Shown here piece by piece: positions 39,366 through 52,708 of a stretch of 64,000 nucleotides of DNA. Location of the stretch: positions 68,140,001 through 68,204,000 of the forward strand of contig CM052817.1 in assembly GCA_028534125.1 (NCBI GenBank), in the 5' to 3' direction. The notes beneath the pieces were generated by a model that had not been told where the DNA came from, searched no databases, and worked only from the letters and a program-made list of their open reading frames with translations. Made by a program: the position numbers and the translations under genes. The DNA comes from Lama glama. Its lineage: Eukaryota. Each line of letters opens with the position of its first letter. Position 1 is the first letter of the stretch.

Positions 39366-41474
39366 TATTATGGCTTGCAGAGAAAACCCAATAGAAGATG
39401 TTCACTATTTCAAGTTTACTAATTACAAATGGAAATATTGAGGAAGATGAGAGAAAATTCATGAAAAAAAATTAAACCAGTAAGGCCATATTTGAAAAAG
39501 AGTAAGTATGGAGGCATATTTTAATTTCCCTACCCATCATACCTGGCCTAGCCTCTTGACTTGCTTTCCCCAGTAAAATGTGGCAAAATGATGTTCTATC
39601 ACAGCCATGTGACATCCACTCTTTGCTCAGGGAGAGAGAAGACTCAAACTACCCAGCCATTCCAAACAACACAGTCAAGGCCTTGGACATGGGTCTAAGG
39701 CTCTCCTCAGCCAGCTGGCCTCAAGCTACAGACTACAAACATATCAATAAACCCCATTAACATCACAGGAAACAAGCCATCCCAGCTGCACTCTACTCAA
39801 ATTGTTAACCTGAAGAACTGTGAGCAGAAAAACAATGTTTTTTAAAGCCCTTAAGTTTTGTGGGGGAGAGGGAGAGATATATATTTTTTCTGCAGCAACA
39901 CAGATTCACAAACAAGAGATAATTCAGCTCAGATGACAAGGAAAAACTTGATTTGGAAGGTAACTTTTGAGCTTGGACTGGAAGGATTTAGAAAGGTGGA
40001 GATTTGAGCAAAAGACTTTCCGAATGACAAGCAGCACAGAGGCCTCAAGGCAGGACAGCAAGTCACCATGGCTGGAGCAGAGTGTCACGGAGGTATACCC
40101 AGGACCCACCCATAGGAGCCATATCAATGGAATTTACCGGCAATTTCCATCGCTAAACTTTTCCTCTTACATTTCATAAGGTGAACTGATTTGGGGTGGG
40201 GTTTCCAAAATCATGTTGCCACAAAATGAAAAACACAGGTGTTCCATTTCTTTGTCTTTAGATGGCACAAATGAGTTTGTGATTCACAGCTCTAGCGCCA
40301 TAGGGGAAACTTCATTGATACCTAGATAAGCCAGGAGGAGAATTTCACTCAACCTTCACCTTGGGGTTTGGATGACGTTCAAGTTTAAGCACAGAGGCAT
40401 ATGTTTGTAGATCTGAGAGCTCTGGGGAATTGTCTGGGCTACCATGCCAAGATAGAAATTGGATTTTAAAATCTTAAGCAGGCTGTTTACATAGGAAATG
40501 GGTTCTAAATCTTTAGAGATAGGATTATGAGATGTGGCTTTTGTGTCCACTTAAACCGAAGATCATTTTGTAGCAACTGAATAGTGAGCAGGGACAAAAC
40601 AGGTAAGGTGATAGTGTAGTTTAAGAACACACAGGCTTCAATATCAAGTTGACTTAGGTCTACATCCTGGCTCATCGGTTGCTAGATGTGCTATCTTAGG
40701 CAAGTTACAAAGCCTCTTTGAAGTTCAGTTTCTCATCTGGATATTTGAGGCCATAACATCTACCCCATAGTGCATTTATGAAGATTAAATAAAATCATTT
40801 TTTTAGCAGATACCAGTTTATTCAACATAGTGCGTGATCCAAAGCATCTGATATTCCACAGCCAGCAAGTTTTCCTACTTGCCTATCACAAAATACCAGA
40901 TACCTGGAATATAGTTAATTCAAATTTCTTGTTCCTTTCCTCCTACATCTAGAATTAACCAGGTTTCTCCGTGTTGCACACAATTCACAATCACTAAAGG
41001 CTTTGGGGAGAGGGCGTATAACTGCCCCCTCAAACCTAAGGCACCTAATGTCAAAAGAAAAAGCACAGGAGAGTCACCCCACCGACATTCCTGCATGTTC
41101 AACTTGTTGAACTTGAGCACAAGTGGGATTTGTCATAACAATGGAAAGACATTGATTTCCAGTGCCTATCCTTAATAAATATCCGAATACATAATGTTAC
41201 TAACTTGTTATTATCCTGAGAATATTAAATGTACTCATCTATTCACAAAGCTTGATTTCTTACGTATGTAACAATTGAATAAAATGTGATTTTTTTGAGG
41301 TCCTGATCATGTTTTTTAAAACAAATCAGGTTCATGGACTTGTGTGGTCTCTAGTTGCTCCCAGTCTGTGGGCATCTTGATGACTCACATATCTAATCTG
41401 GCACCCTGTTTTCTCCTATGAAGGGTGGTTTCACACACCAAGTATCATCTCCACATTTGATACAGTGAACAGCA

Positions 41475-41967
41475 GTTGCAGTAGGTGGTCCTCCATGGAC
41501 CATGCCTCATGGTGTCCATGCTGCTCTGTCATCTAGTCCCATAATGACTCTCACTGGCCCTGAGACTCAGCTAACACAAGGCAGTGGAAGTGACACTGTG
41601 CCAGTGACTGGGCCTAAGCCTTAAGAAAGCTGGAAATTTCTACTTCTGTGATTTGCCGTTTAAGAAATCCAGCTACCCTGCGGGAAATATCACGTGGAGA
41701 GAGATTAGACCTGTGACTAAGCGGTGAGAAAGTGGTCCAGCCTTCCAGCTGTCCCTGCCAAGGCACTAGACTTGTGAATGAGCCGTCTTGGACCAGCCAG
41801 GCAGTTAAGCCCTTGAATGATTGCAGCCCCAGCAAACACCAAGTAGAGCAGAAGAAACAGAGCTGATACCAGCCAACCCACAAACTTGTGAGAGAAAATC
41901 AACATGGAGGTTGTGTGAAGGCACTAAATTTTAGGGTGGTTTGGTTATACAGTGATAACCAAAATAG
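41475..41967 (+). mobile_element. MLT1 (F/G/H-like) LTR
   Basis: 'gaagtgacactgtgccag...ccagcaaacacc...cacaaacttgtgaga...ttttagggtggtttggttatacag'. Confidence 0.8.
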
Positions 41968-42400
41968 GGCTTGTATCCCCTTTTATGCATTTACCACAAT
42001 GCTGCAATATTTTAAAGTATTTGAAAAAAAGACTGAGTTATGAATATGTTTACATCTACTTTATGTGCCTACCCCACGAACACTGCTGAGAACCAGAGCT
42101 GAAAAAAGTTTGCAGTAAAGGAATTACAATTTATCACATGCCTTTTCCTGAGGGAGAGTTTGTCCTTGGAGATAAAGACAGTTTTGAGCTTTCTGTTCTT
42201 TGAAGGTATAGTGGGTGACGCACTGATGTTCCACGGCAGCACTTTGTTCTCCTAAAGCTGAGTCTCCTGCATGTCCCTGAAGCAGCAATCTGTGCCTTTA
42301 GCAGACTTTGTGAGAAGAGATTAGTCACTGACAATGCCACTTGAGAGATGCCACAAAGTGGCTCACCTGAATAATTTTTCTAGTGTTTTGATTGTTATAC

Positions 42401-42422
42401 TGCACACACACGCGCGCGCGTA

Positions 42423-42459
<37 letters not shown>
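42401..42459. repeat. Compound (CA)n(CG)5(TG)n microsatellite
   Basis: 59 nt of uninterrupted purine/pyrimidine alternation, read directly. Confidence 0.95.
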
Positions 42460-42463
<4 letters not shown>

Positions 42464-42656
42464 CAGCACACAGATAGGCTTGACCTAGTTCATCCAGGCC
42501 AGAGAGGACAGGTTGGGAGAGCATCACACCTGCTCACTGGAATGTGTCAGGCCTGCAGCGGGGAGACCCAGACACAGCAGTGAAAGATCAGGACATTTTA
42601 TTCCCAATATTGGCAGTAACAGGAAAGCTGTCAGCTTCAGAAAGCACGACAAAAAA

Positions 42657-42800
42657 GGGGGGAAGATATAGCTCAGTGCTAGAGTGTGCCTAGGTTCGCA
42701 CAAGGTCCTGGGTTCAATCCCCAGGAGTTCCATTAAAAACAAACAAATAAATAAAAACCTAATTACCCCCCAAAGAAATAAATACTTTTTTAAAAAAGAA
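42657..42800 (+). mobile_element. tRNA-derived camelid-type SINE (vic-1/SINE1_Vpa-like)
   Basis: Pol III A box 'tagctcagtgc' and B box 'ggttcaatcc', then the 'aaataaaaacctaattacccccc' tail. Confidence 0.85.
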
Positions 42801-43696
42801 AACATATGATGGAAAAATGGTGGTGGTATTCAAGGTCAAGTATACACAAATTGACACAGGAAAGGAAAACTCAGCAGAAGGAGGTCACCAGGATACTAGG
42901 TGGAGGACGGACCTCCAGTCTCCTGAGTGAGGTCAAGATGGGTCCCGGGGCTACTAGGCCTTGTTTCCTCTATTAAAAATAAAACCAGAGTGGCTCAGTA
43001 ACAAGTTCTACAGCTCTGTGCTCTGAGGAGAAAGTTAAGTTCTGGGATGTTGGGCTGTGGAGCTGGCTCATGGAGGTCAAAGGCCATCAGATTTGAATGG
43101 AGCTCTGAAAAGTCAGATATTGCACAAAATGCCTACGGAAATCAAGTACCAAATCCAGTGAGTGAGAGTCCTGTGAGTCCCTGAACACTCCCCAGCTGCT
43201 TGGAAGCCAAAAGGAGAAGCACACTGGCAGGGGTGCAGGACTCGAGGGGCACGATAGCCCAGAAAGAACACGGCCTTTGGAGGGAGACAGACTTGGGCGC
43301 TAATGCCAGCTGTCACCGCTGCTTCTGTGGCCGGGGCCAGTCACTTGGATCAGTGAGGACTTCCCCTGCCTGCCTGGAATAGAAACTTCACAAAAGGACT
43401 TAACCAAAAAAGGATCTTTTTTTTCTCACATAACAAGAATCCATAACTCAATAGTCCGGGACTGCAGCAGCTGCTTGCTGGCTCCTTCCAGCTTTTTCCT
43501 TCCTAGTACTTAACTTGTGGTGTTTGGCCTCACGGCCTCAGTATGGTTACTCCACTGCCAAGCACGCTTCCTGTAGGCAATCAGAGCCAAACCCCATCTC
43601 CTCCTGTGGCTTTTTTCATTTGGGGGGAATAGAAACCTTTTCCCGTGACTTCTGTGTGTATCTCATGATTTCATTTCACGCACACATTATTTAATT

Positions 43697-43730
<34 letters not shown>

Positions 43731-45934
43731 GTTAACTACCCCTAACTACTAGACACAGACACTGGGGAAAGGCCAGTATTTTTAACTGGGTGCATTGCTG
43801 GTACGAATTTGGTTATCTTGTAAGAAGGAAAAATGGATAAGCAACTGGGAACAGAAACCAGATTCATTGGTTCATATTTCAAACGGGCATGGCCCGACCT
43901 CCCCAGCAGAAGGGCAAGACGCCGGGTGCACCCCTCTAGGACTAAGCTCCATGAGATGGGGGTGGGGGTTCTTGTCTGTTTTGTTACTGTCACATCACCA
44001 GCACCCAGAAGAGTGTCCTAAGTGAGTACTCACAATAGATGAAGTGAGTGACGGACGACGCGAGTCTGCAGTCAGCCGGCTGGCCCACGGAGGGAACACA
44101 GGAGTGTTGACGCTCTTGTTACCAGGTCTGCCCGGGGTTTTTCCCCCATGTCATGTCCAGAGGCTGGCAGGCAGTGCAGAGCAGCTGGCAGAGGCAAGCA
44201 TTCTCAAGAGCTGTATTTACTAATGGGAGGTGAATGGAGAGTCACGGATGGGTCTAAGAACAGGGCCCTCAGTGTTACCCACCTTGAGAAGGGAAATGTT
44301 ATGGTACCTTTTCCTAACTGAGCCAGCAGAAACCTTTTAACTTTCAGCTCTCAGAGAACCAGTGTTTTCTTAATGTGCCAGTTGTTATAAAGGTTTCCAC
44401 CTGGAGTTAAAGTAGCCAGAAAGTCAAAAAGGTTTGGGAAGAGACCATGAGTTATCATCAAAATAAATAAATAGCTTTATTCTTGAACGTTAGGGCTGGA
44501 TTAATACTTGATGAGCATTCAATCCAAAAACCTCGTTGTGCAGACAAAAAATGGTAAGAACCTGATTTGCTCAAAACAGCATCGCTAATTCTGGACACAG
44601 TCAGGAGACCCCAAGTGCTCCTAACACAGGTCTTATTACATGTTGTACACCGTCCATCTCTACGGCCCACTAATGCTCACCAGTCTCTGCCCAGCTCCGG
44701 GCCCCCTCCCACTCCCAGTGTGCTGGGTGCGTGCTGCCCCGGCGATGGAATGGCCTCTCCTTCAAGAGACCCCACCACAATTGCGGCACTGTCCTGCCTG
44801 GCACTGAACACAGCAGTGGTCATGGGGCAGGACCCCACAGCCTACCCTGGCTCTCATACCATCTCTTTCTCCTTTTTATGGCCCAACTACCCTCACTGCC
44901 TCACCGCATCCCCTCCTAAAACCAATTCTCTGAAATTGCTCTTCCCCTGTCACCAGAGACCTCAGAATTGTCAGATCCAATGAACTCATTTTTCTGAATT
45001 TATCTTACTGTAGTGCTTCTGAGAATTTTTCACTGAAAGATTCCTGACGTCAGAAGAGAAATATAGTGAGCCTCAGGGAATGTGGACTTCTGACCCGAAG
45101 CCACAGGCATGAAATAATTTGGAGTTTCTTTTTATCTTAAGAATTCATGTAAATTCTCCATTCTATTCTTTCACGTGAAAATAATGTTCTTTCTTCAAAT
45201 ATCTTAAATAGACTTGATACTCAGGGGATATGCTTGTTTTAATCCTGTGGCTGCATGTTCCACCTGGCACCTGGATTTGGTTTGAATTTTATAACCCTGA
45301 CCGAGGTCCCTTGAGTATCCCGTAGGAGTCTGTGTTATTCCCAGGCGAGGTAGGAACTCAGTGAGACTAAAGACAAAGGACAGCGGATTTTGGAAGAAGC
45401 AACCTCTTCCTTCTCACCTCCCTCCTCATTTTCCTCTCCCCTGGAGAACAGAAGGAGGCTAAGAATGAAAGGCAGAAAATGTACAGGTGACCTGGTATTT
45501 TGGCTGCTGCCTTGTTTGGTCCCAGTGGTTCCTATCCAAGAGACATAAGCAGACTGTGTGGGGAGCTCTCCTCTCACTTTGGGTGAAAACTGCCAGGAAA
45601 GCTCTTTCATTTGGGGACGGAATATTTACTTACTCAGGGAGATAACAGCCAGAGGTCTGTCATTTCTCACCCAGGTCTCAGACCTTCTTTCCATGGAGGG
45701 GGTCTTATCTACGCTCTGGATTTTCATATATGACATACAGCTGTGTTAATTATATTTATCAAGTTGTACATTACATCCCTAGTGCTTATGTATTTTTTAA
45801 CTGGAAGTCTGTACCTTTTGACTGCTTAAGATTTTAACTAAAATTCTCTTCTAAATCATTGTAGTTGGTTTCTAGAGTTGAACTTGTTACATACTTTTCC
45901 TTGCTAGTACAAGTACCTTCTTATTTTAAATACT

Positions 45935-46280
45935 TTGTCTTAGCTCAAGCTGCCATAAAAATTACCCTAGGCTGGGTGGTCCAAGCAACAGACATTTATT
46001 TTCACAGATCTGGAGGCTGGGAAGTCCAAGACCAAGGCAGATTTTTTCCCTTAGTGAGAGCTCTCCTGCCAGATTGCTTTCTCACCGTATCCTCACATGG
46101 CAGGCAGAGAAAGCTGCCTCTAATGCTCCCCCTCTAAGGGCACTAATCTCATCACAAGGGCTCCTCCCTCATGACTTCTTCTAACACTAGTTACCTCCCA
46201 AAGTCTCTACTTCCAAATACCATCATCTTTGGGGTTAAGGCTTCAACATATGAATTTTATGGGGAAACAAACATTCAGAA
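45935..46280 (-). mobile_element. MLT1A/B-type LTR
   Basis: 'caacagacatttattttcacag.tctggaggctgggaagtccaaga...ggcttcaacatatgaatttt...acaaacattcag'. Confidence 0.85.
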
Positions 46281-47504
46281 TACTCTTCATAAGTAACAGT
46301 TCATGTAATATTTTCATAGAATTTTTGAGTCAAATTTTATGGGTAGTAAAGAGGGGGGGCCTTCAGCTAGTCATGGTTTTTCCCAAAATATTTTCCTAAG
46401 GGAAAAGAAAAAAAACAGCATATTGATTAGAAGTAAGTTCAGCTGGGGGAAATGGGAAACAAAACAAAACTTTACTACTTTTAAATAAGATAGATGTTCA
46501 TTTCCCTATTGTGTAAAAGTCTAAAGGCATGTATTTGAGACCTGAATGGCAGCTCTGCTCCACTAAGTTCTCTGGGATAAAGCTTCTTCCAGCTCACAGC
46601 TCCACTCACTCTTATCTTCATGGACAAGGTAGCATCCAAGTTCCAGGTAGCAGAACGAACAAAAGAACAGAGGAGAAGGGTAAAGGATAAGCCAGGTACC
46701 TTTTAAAGAAAAGTTACTGGGTATCATCACAGAGCACTTCTACCTACCTCCCACTGGCAGACTTCCATCATATGGCCACACCTATTGCAAGGGAGGCTGG
46801 GAGACGTAGTTTTTCTTTGGGGCAGCCAAAACTTCACTGTTACAAAGGGGGAGTACTAATATTGGGGGACAATAGGAGGCTCTGTCCCCCACAAACTTAC
46901 TCAGTCTCTCTGCAGTATTTGTCACTATTTTATCCTTGGCTTTGCTGACACCCCTCCCAGTTTTGCTCCTTTCTCTCTGGCTGTAACTTCTCAAACTTTT
47001 CTACAGACTCTTTTTCTTCCAGGCTCCCTAGCATTTGGTCCTCATGCTCTCTTCACTTCTCACTCTGTGGACCTTATTGCACGACCATATCAGATTCATG
47101 GTTTCTACTACTCAAGTTTTACATACCTACATCTCCTTCTTAGATGTTTTTTCCCTGAACACCAGGCTCATACACCCAATTCCATAAGGCACTCTCTACC
47201 TGAATATACTATGGCGACTCAGACTCAGTACATCTAAAACTAAACTGGTTGTCTTCCCTTCAAAATGCTCTCCTTATTTTGTCACCACTATCCAGCCACT
47301 TATTTACTGAAACTAGATTCCTGAGATATGCCTGGAATTACTCCCTTCATCTCTCACATACGTTCAATGTCCTTTTTTTCACCCTCTCTTCTCCACCCTC
47401 CCTGCTTTTGCTGTAGTGGTTATAACTAACATCTAGTGAGTATTTGCACAAGCCACTTACTGATATAAATACTTTACATATTCTTCAAACAACTCTTCTG
47501 TTAT

Positions 47505-47945
47505 TGTTAGAGCAGGCAGATAACTAGATACGAGCAGAGAAAGTGGGGCACAGGCCAAACAGCATGCATCTTGTGACCAATGGGGGTCCTTGTGTAGACG
47601 GAGAAAAGCAGGAATCTCTGGAATGATAAGAAATCACATATTTTGGATGACAAAGAAAGGTAGGAAAAGGCAAGAATCTCCAGTGTCCCAATGTAATCTT
47701 TTGCTCATTATGCCCACATTACACTGAAATTAACCTTGAGACTTCCAATTAAGACTAAATAGGGACAAAAATCCCTTCTTCCCTCTGGAAGGTGAAGCTG
47801 AAATGAAAATCAGGGAATATGATCCGAAACCCACCCTTCCCCAATGAATATTCTGCCCATCCATTTTATACTCTAGGTAACCAACTTACCAAAGAAACTC
47901 AGTGCAGCTGCTCACCAGAGCTTGCTGGCTCTCCCCTTGAGAGCA
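47505..47945. mobile_element. ERV solo LTR (family not assigned)
   Basis: Starts TGTTAGAGCAGGCAGATAACTAGAT, has LTR-like internal short repeats, and interrupts older L2/MIR sequence. Confidence 0.5.
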
Positions 47946-48848
47946 TTCCATCCTCCCCCAAATTCCATTCTTCATATGACTAACTCCCAGAGTAAAGTTT
48001 CTGAAACACAATCTAATCACCTTAGTCTGCTGCCTAAAATCCATCAGTGCTTCTCAATCACCTTCAGACTAAAGTTCCAGCTCCTTAATGTTACATACGG
48101 TCTTTCACGGTCTGGCCTCTACCTAGCAAAACAGTCTCTTCCAAAGCCTCCCGCAAGCATGGCACCATCCAGCTACAGGAGACCACTTGCAGTTTCTGAG
48201 CGGAACCTATTCCCTCAGTGCGTCTCTGTGTCTTTTCACTCACTCCTAGCTCCTATTTCAAGGGCAGACTATTACGGAAATAGCTCAGTTTCTCAAGAGC
48301 TGAATAGGTCACCACTGTGTTTTATAGCTATTGCCATTCTTATCACATGGTATGCTACATGGGGGTTTTCCCTCTCCCCTCCTGGCCATCATAAGTCCCT
48401 GGAGGGAAGTGTCACTTCTTTGTATCTGCAGTACCTACTAAAGTACATGGTGCATAATAGTCATTCATTAAATTGTTGCCAAATAAGGATGAAGTAAATA
48501 CAGACTATGAACTACTTCATTACCTTTCTTGCCATTTTCCTGAACAGGGCCTAGGACATGGAGATCTCTTGAATGTCATTGATCTCACTCTGGTTTACTT
48601 ACCTGCAGGGGAAGTTCATCTTGCAGGGGGCTCAAAATAATCAAGCCCTCTCATTTGGTGTGGTACAGCTTGGGGATGGGCGTGAGGGTCTGGAAGTAAA
48701 GAAGAGCTGGGCCAAGAAAAGGAGCATGAGTACATTTACATTAGTGAAGGGGGGAGCCACGCACAGCACAGAAGAAATGATGCTGGGACATGAAATACGT
48801 TCAGTGTGCTTGGGGGTTGTTTTTCAAGGAGATGACTAAGGGCATTTT

Positions 48849-49210
48849 GTTTGTTTGTTTGTTTGTGGGGGAGGTAATTAGGTTTATTTATTTATTTATT
48901 TAAATGGAGGCACTGGGGATTGACCCTGGGATTTTATGCACACTAAGCACATGCTCTACCACTAAGCTATATCCTCCACCTGTTTTAAAATTTTATTTTT
49001 TTTTCAATTGAGGTACTGGGGATTGAACCTAGGACCTTGTGCATGATGAATCCAGGACCTTGCATGTGCTCTACCACTGAGCTATATGCCCTTCCCCCAT
49101 TTAACAATTTTCTAAATTTTATTATTATTTTTAATTGAGGAACTGGGGATTGAATCCAGGACCTTGTGCATGCTAAGCATGTGCTTTACTACTGAGCTAT
49201 GCCCTCCCCT
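48849..49210 (-). mobile_element. Three head-to-tail camelid-type SINE units
   Basis: Three copies of 'actggggattga...ctctaccactgagctat' (ends near 48980, 49098, 49210), flanked by gcatttt on both sides. Confidence 0.85.
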
Positions 49211-51514
49211 CAAGCATTTTAAAAGGTGAATTTTTCCCCCTGCTCTTCCATGGCAATTATTTTGGGGGGAAGCCAATGCAGAAAGTCGGGGTGTAGAATT
49301 TTTACAAAGGAGCATACAATGGTTGTATTTATTTCACAGGATTCTGGTGCTTCTGTGACAGGCAGCCAGAAGGGAAATTACCTTCGCTGGTCTTGGCTCA
49401 CTCCCCCTCCACTCCTAATCATCCCTTCAGACCCACACGTGGTAGACAGAGCAGTTGTCCTTCACCACTGAGGAAACGCAGCTGAGACTTACGTTACCGT
49501 GGAAACAGAATCATTTTTTTGCTGCAAGACACATCGCTTCATCTGTACTATTATGAAGCAGAATACATTGGTAGGGCTGGGAGGGGAATCAAATATTCTG
49601 CCCGCCAGTATTGTACTTGGCCTCTGGGTGAATAAATGACTTTCAATTAAAGTGCTTAAATATCTTTTCACTTTAATCATTGTTATTAGAGGCCCAACAG
49701 AATTTTCCTTGGAAAAGAGTACAAAATTCAACTCTGCTGTTCAGAAAAGAGCGATAAATTCTTTCAAACTAGACCACTTCTGTTAAAGAAAATACAGGGG
49801 AATTTACAATTAATGGTTTCATTGTGCGTGAAATAAATGTCTTTGTCCTTTGTGTTTTGACCTTCTGACTTGATCCTATTGTGGATTTATGAGGTTGTCC
49901 GGACCTCTTTCTTCCTTTGTCTCTACTCTAAGCTGCTTTGTAGTGAACATACATATTTACCGTTTCATCTTGTGTTGGGCTGCGTGTATTCAGATCCTCT
50001 CTTCCTGGCTTGATGCTGGGCTCATCTGAGCCAGGCGCTCACTCCCGCTTCTGGGTCTTAATTCCCTCGTCCAGCCAAAGCCCTCCCATTTGCTACCTGC
50101 CTCTGTTACTAGGAGACTTTCCTCATGTTATGCCCAATCCTAAATTTAGTCACTGTCCTACTTTATTTTCTCCTCTTATAACTGCTCTCTTTCTTACTAC
50201 TTGTGTGACTTTCACAAAGAGCATATCTATATGACCTGTGCTGGTGGATGGATCAATTCAGTAAAATCCAAGGAACAAAACAAGAATCCCTCATCCCTTC
50301 AGTTCCAAAAATGCACACTGGCTCTGGGTTTCCTTACAAGTTCAAAAAAGCACTAAAACAAAAAACCAAGCAACACATACACACACACATGCAGAGTCTA
50401 ACTTTAATCACAGGGAAATTCCATAAAGGAAAGAGAAAGAAATATCTTTCACTGGCTGGATGTAAATTAGAAAAAACGCAATACTTTAAAAGTACTAGTA
50501 TTTTAATTCTAGATAGCAGAGCAGCCTTAGGAAGCAAGTGACATTTACTGAGCAACTAGTTCAGTGCCAGGTGGTTTTACGTCCCCATCTTACTAAATTC
50601 TCAAATTCACCTTCAGCATAACTATCATTTCCATTTTACAAATGGGATTTTTTTTAAGTCATTCCCAAAGTCACCACACAAATCCTAAATGGCAGTAACT
50701 TCTGATTCCGAGTTCAGTGCTCCTGCGAACTGCCTCACTGCGTCCAGCATCCAGCAAAACTCTGATGTGTGGAGGGCTGAAATCTAACAGGAAAATGAAG
50801 AGAATAGGCCTCTAACCATGGCTTTCCATCTCCTGACCGGGCTTTGGAAAAATAATTTATTTGTTTTGAACTCAGATTTGTCCATCCTTATTTAATATGG
50901 ATAAATAACCTTATCTCCTCATATGCGTAAAGAGTTAAGCAGTGAATATAGGCAAAACATGTCAAAAATATTTCTGTAGGAAGGATGATTTACTCTTGTT
51001 ACTATAACAGACCCAGATTAGTAGGCCCGTAACACTCCCAATCAGTTCAGTCCCAAATCATCATCAATCCCAAATTGGCAATGTTTTTGAGAACAGATCT
51101 ATCACATGTGTCTTCTGTGCCTCCCAAGTCATCCTAACACAGTGCTGGGTTAGGTGGTAGATGCACTTTTAAGTGATAAAGTCGTGATTAAATCAAACTA
51201 TTTTTCAGTATCTCCTTTAGCCATCAGTTATAGACCCAATGTTATCACATAGCAAAAAGGATTCCTTAAATACTTGGACATAATTAGCCCACATTGCTTT
51301 ATGAACAGTCAGAACACTGGTTCATAGTATTTTCCAATTGAGTTTTACAGGAATAATGGCCAATTCTATTATCACACAAAAGGGAATATTTTATTTCCTT
51401 CAACTCCACTGCTTGCCTTTCAGATAAACTCAAGGCATGTTAGTAAAGTAAATAGCAAAAAATAATTTACCTAGAACCTGAAATTTCACTCTCCGTGCCT
51501 CTAACAAATTGACA

Positions 51515-51745
51515 ATAACTGCTCCATTTTGAGCGTTTACAATGTATGTACTGTAATCTGAACTTTACATACACTATCTCTTTAATTTTATAATGACCCG
51601 ATGAAATTGGATCTATTATTGCCCCCATTTTCTAGATGAGGAAACAGGTTCAGAGAGTAAAAATAACTTGTCCAAGTCATAACCTATATAAGTCTGTAGC
51701 ACACTCTGACCCGAATCCATATAGTCTGGTTCTAAAGTACAGCTT
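51515..51745 (-). mobile_element. MIR SINE
   Basis: 'cccattttctagatgaggaaacaggttcagagag...aacttgtccaagtca'. Confidence 0.8.
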
Positions 51746-51752
51746 TAACAGG

Positions 51753-52215
51753 TGTCAAAGGAAAATGCACAAAGTAAGAGTTGTGAGTGTAAGTTTTTTT
51801 CAGGGGCTTACTGAGGACTGTAGTCCAGGAGACAGAAGTTCAGTGGCTCTGAGGGAACTGCTCCAAAAGAGGTGGAGGCGATGTCAGTTTGTACATGGTT
51901 TTTTGGGCTAGGAAATACATGCATTCAAATATATGTCTTGGTAAAAGGTTACTGCTAATCACAAAGAACAGATATTTAAAGTTAATGTTTCTGGTGCTTT
52001 TCTATGTATGGGAAGATGCAAGAATCTAGGGGAGGGGGGAGGTCACTGAAATGCTTCCTGAGATATAAACCCAACTATCTAAGGGCCTGTTTATCCAAAG
52101 CACGGAGTGACTCATCTTGTTTCTCATCCCTAATTCCTCTCAGGGTGAGCAATTGCAGTCGATGACAACTTAACCCTTGCAGAACTGGGTGCTGAGTGAT
52201 GCTCTTTGTTTTCCT
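51753..52215 (-). mobile_element. ERV1 solo LTR (MER41-like)
   Basis: 'ttactgaggactgtagtccaggagacag...ctctgagggaactgctcca...gcttttctatgtatgggaagatgcaagaatct'. Confidence 0.7.
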
Positions 52216-52560
52216 TTATTTTCACTGGGATCATCCGTATCAGCCAAGTGCATCATCTGAGAAAACCAGCTTTCTTTTGCTGCCCATCAGCATGCAGCTC
52301 TTTATGCTTTGTTTTATAGAAGAAAGGAGGGAAGGGATGAAAAAGGGAGAAGGGAAGATGGATGGAGGAGAGAAAAAAAGAAAGAAAAGGGAGGAAAGAA
52401 GATCACTTGATGTCGTCCACCCCTACCCCCCAATAGCCAGGGCAAAAAAATGGAGCCCATCCAACTTATTAACACTGGTCAGTGTTGTTGAAAAATAAAT
52501 ACGTGAAGTGCCAGTTTGGTTTGATTTGATGTCATTTTGCCTTTGTTTTGCATTTATCAG

Positions 52561-52708
52561 GAGAAGTATTCTTGCAGATTAAAGGGCCGCTGGAAGATAT
52601 TTATAAAATCTACTGCTATCACCACGACGAAGCACACAGCGTACTAGAATCCTACGAAAAAGAAGAGGAGCTGAAGCAACATTTGAGCCTCTGTATCCAG
52701 TCCTTAAA
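52561..52708 (+). CDS. ARHGEF38: ARHGEF38 coding exon 4 (148 nt, DH domain); not in the ORF track
   Basis: Acceptor ttttgcatttatcag|GA continues phase 1 from exon 3. Encodes (G)EVFLQIKGPLEDIYKIYCYHHDEAHSVLESYEKEEELKQHLSLCIQSL(K). Donor TTAAA|GTAAGG. Confidence 0.95.

Noticed and set aside
42657..42730. tRNA gene-like A/B boxes (also at 48900-49210 and 62560-62634)
   Set aside because: These are SINE heads with A-rich tails and TSDs, not intact cloverleaf tRNAs.
47922..48497. 191-aa ORF, and other 100-160 aa ORFs (25628-26101, 44567-44983, 17260-17724, 58202-58583)
   Set aside because: They lie in L2/MIR/LTR or intronic sequence, often start at non-ATG codons, and have no recognisable domain or splice support.
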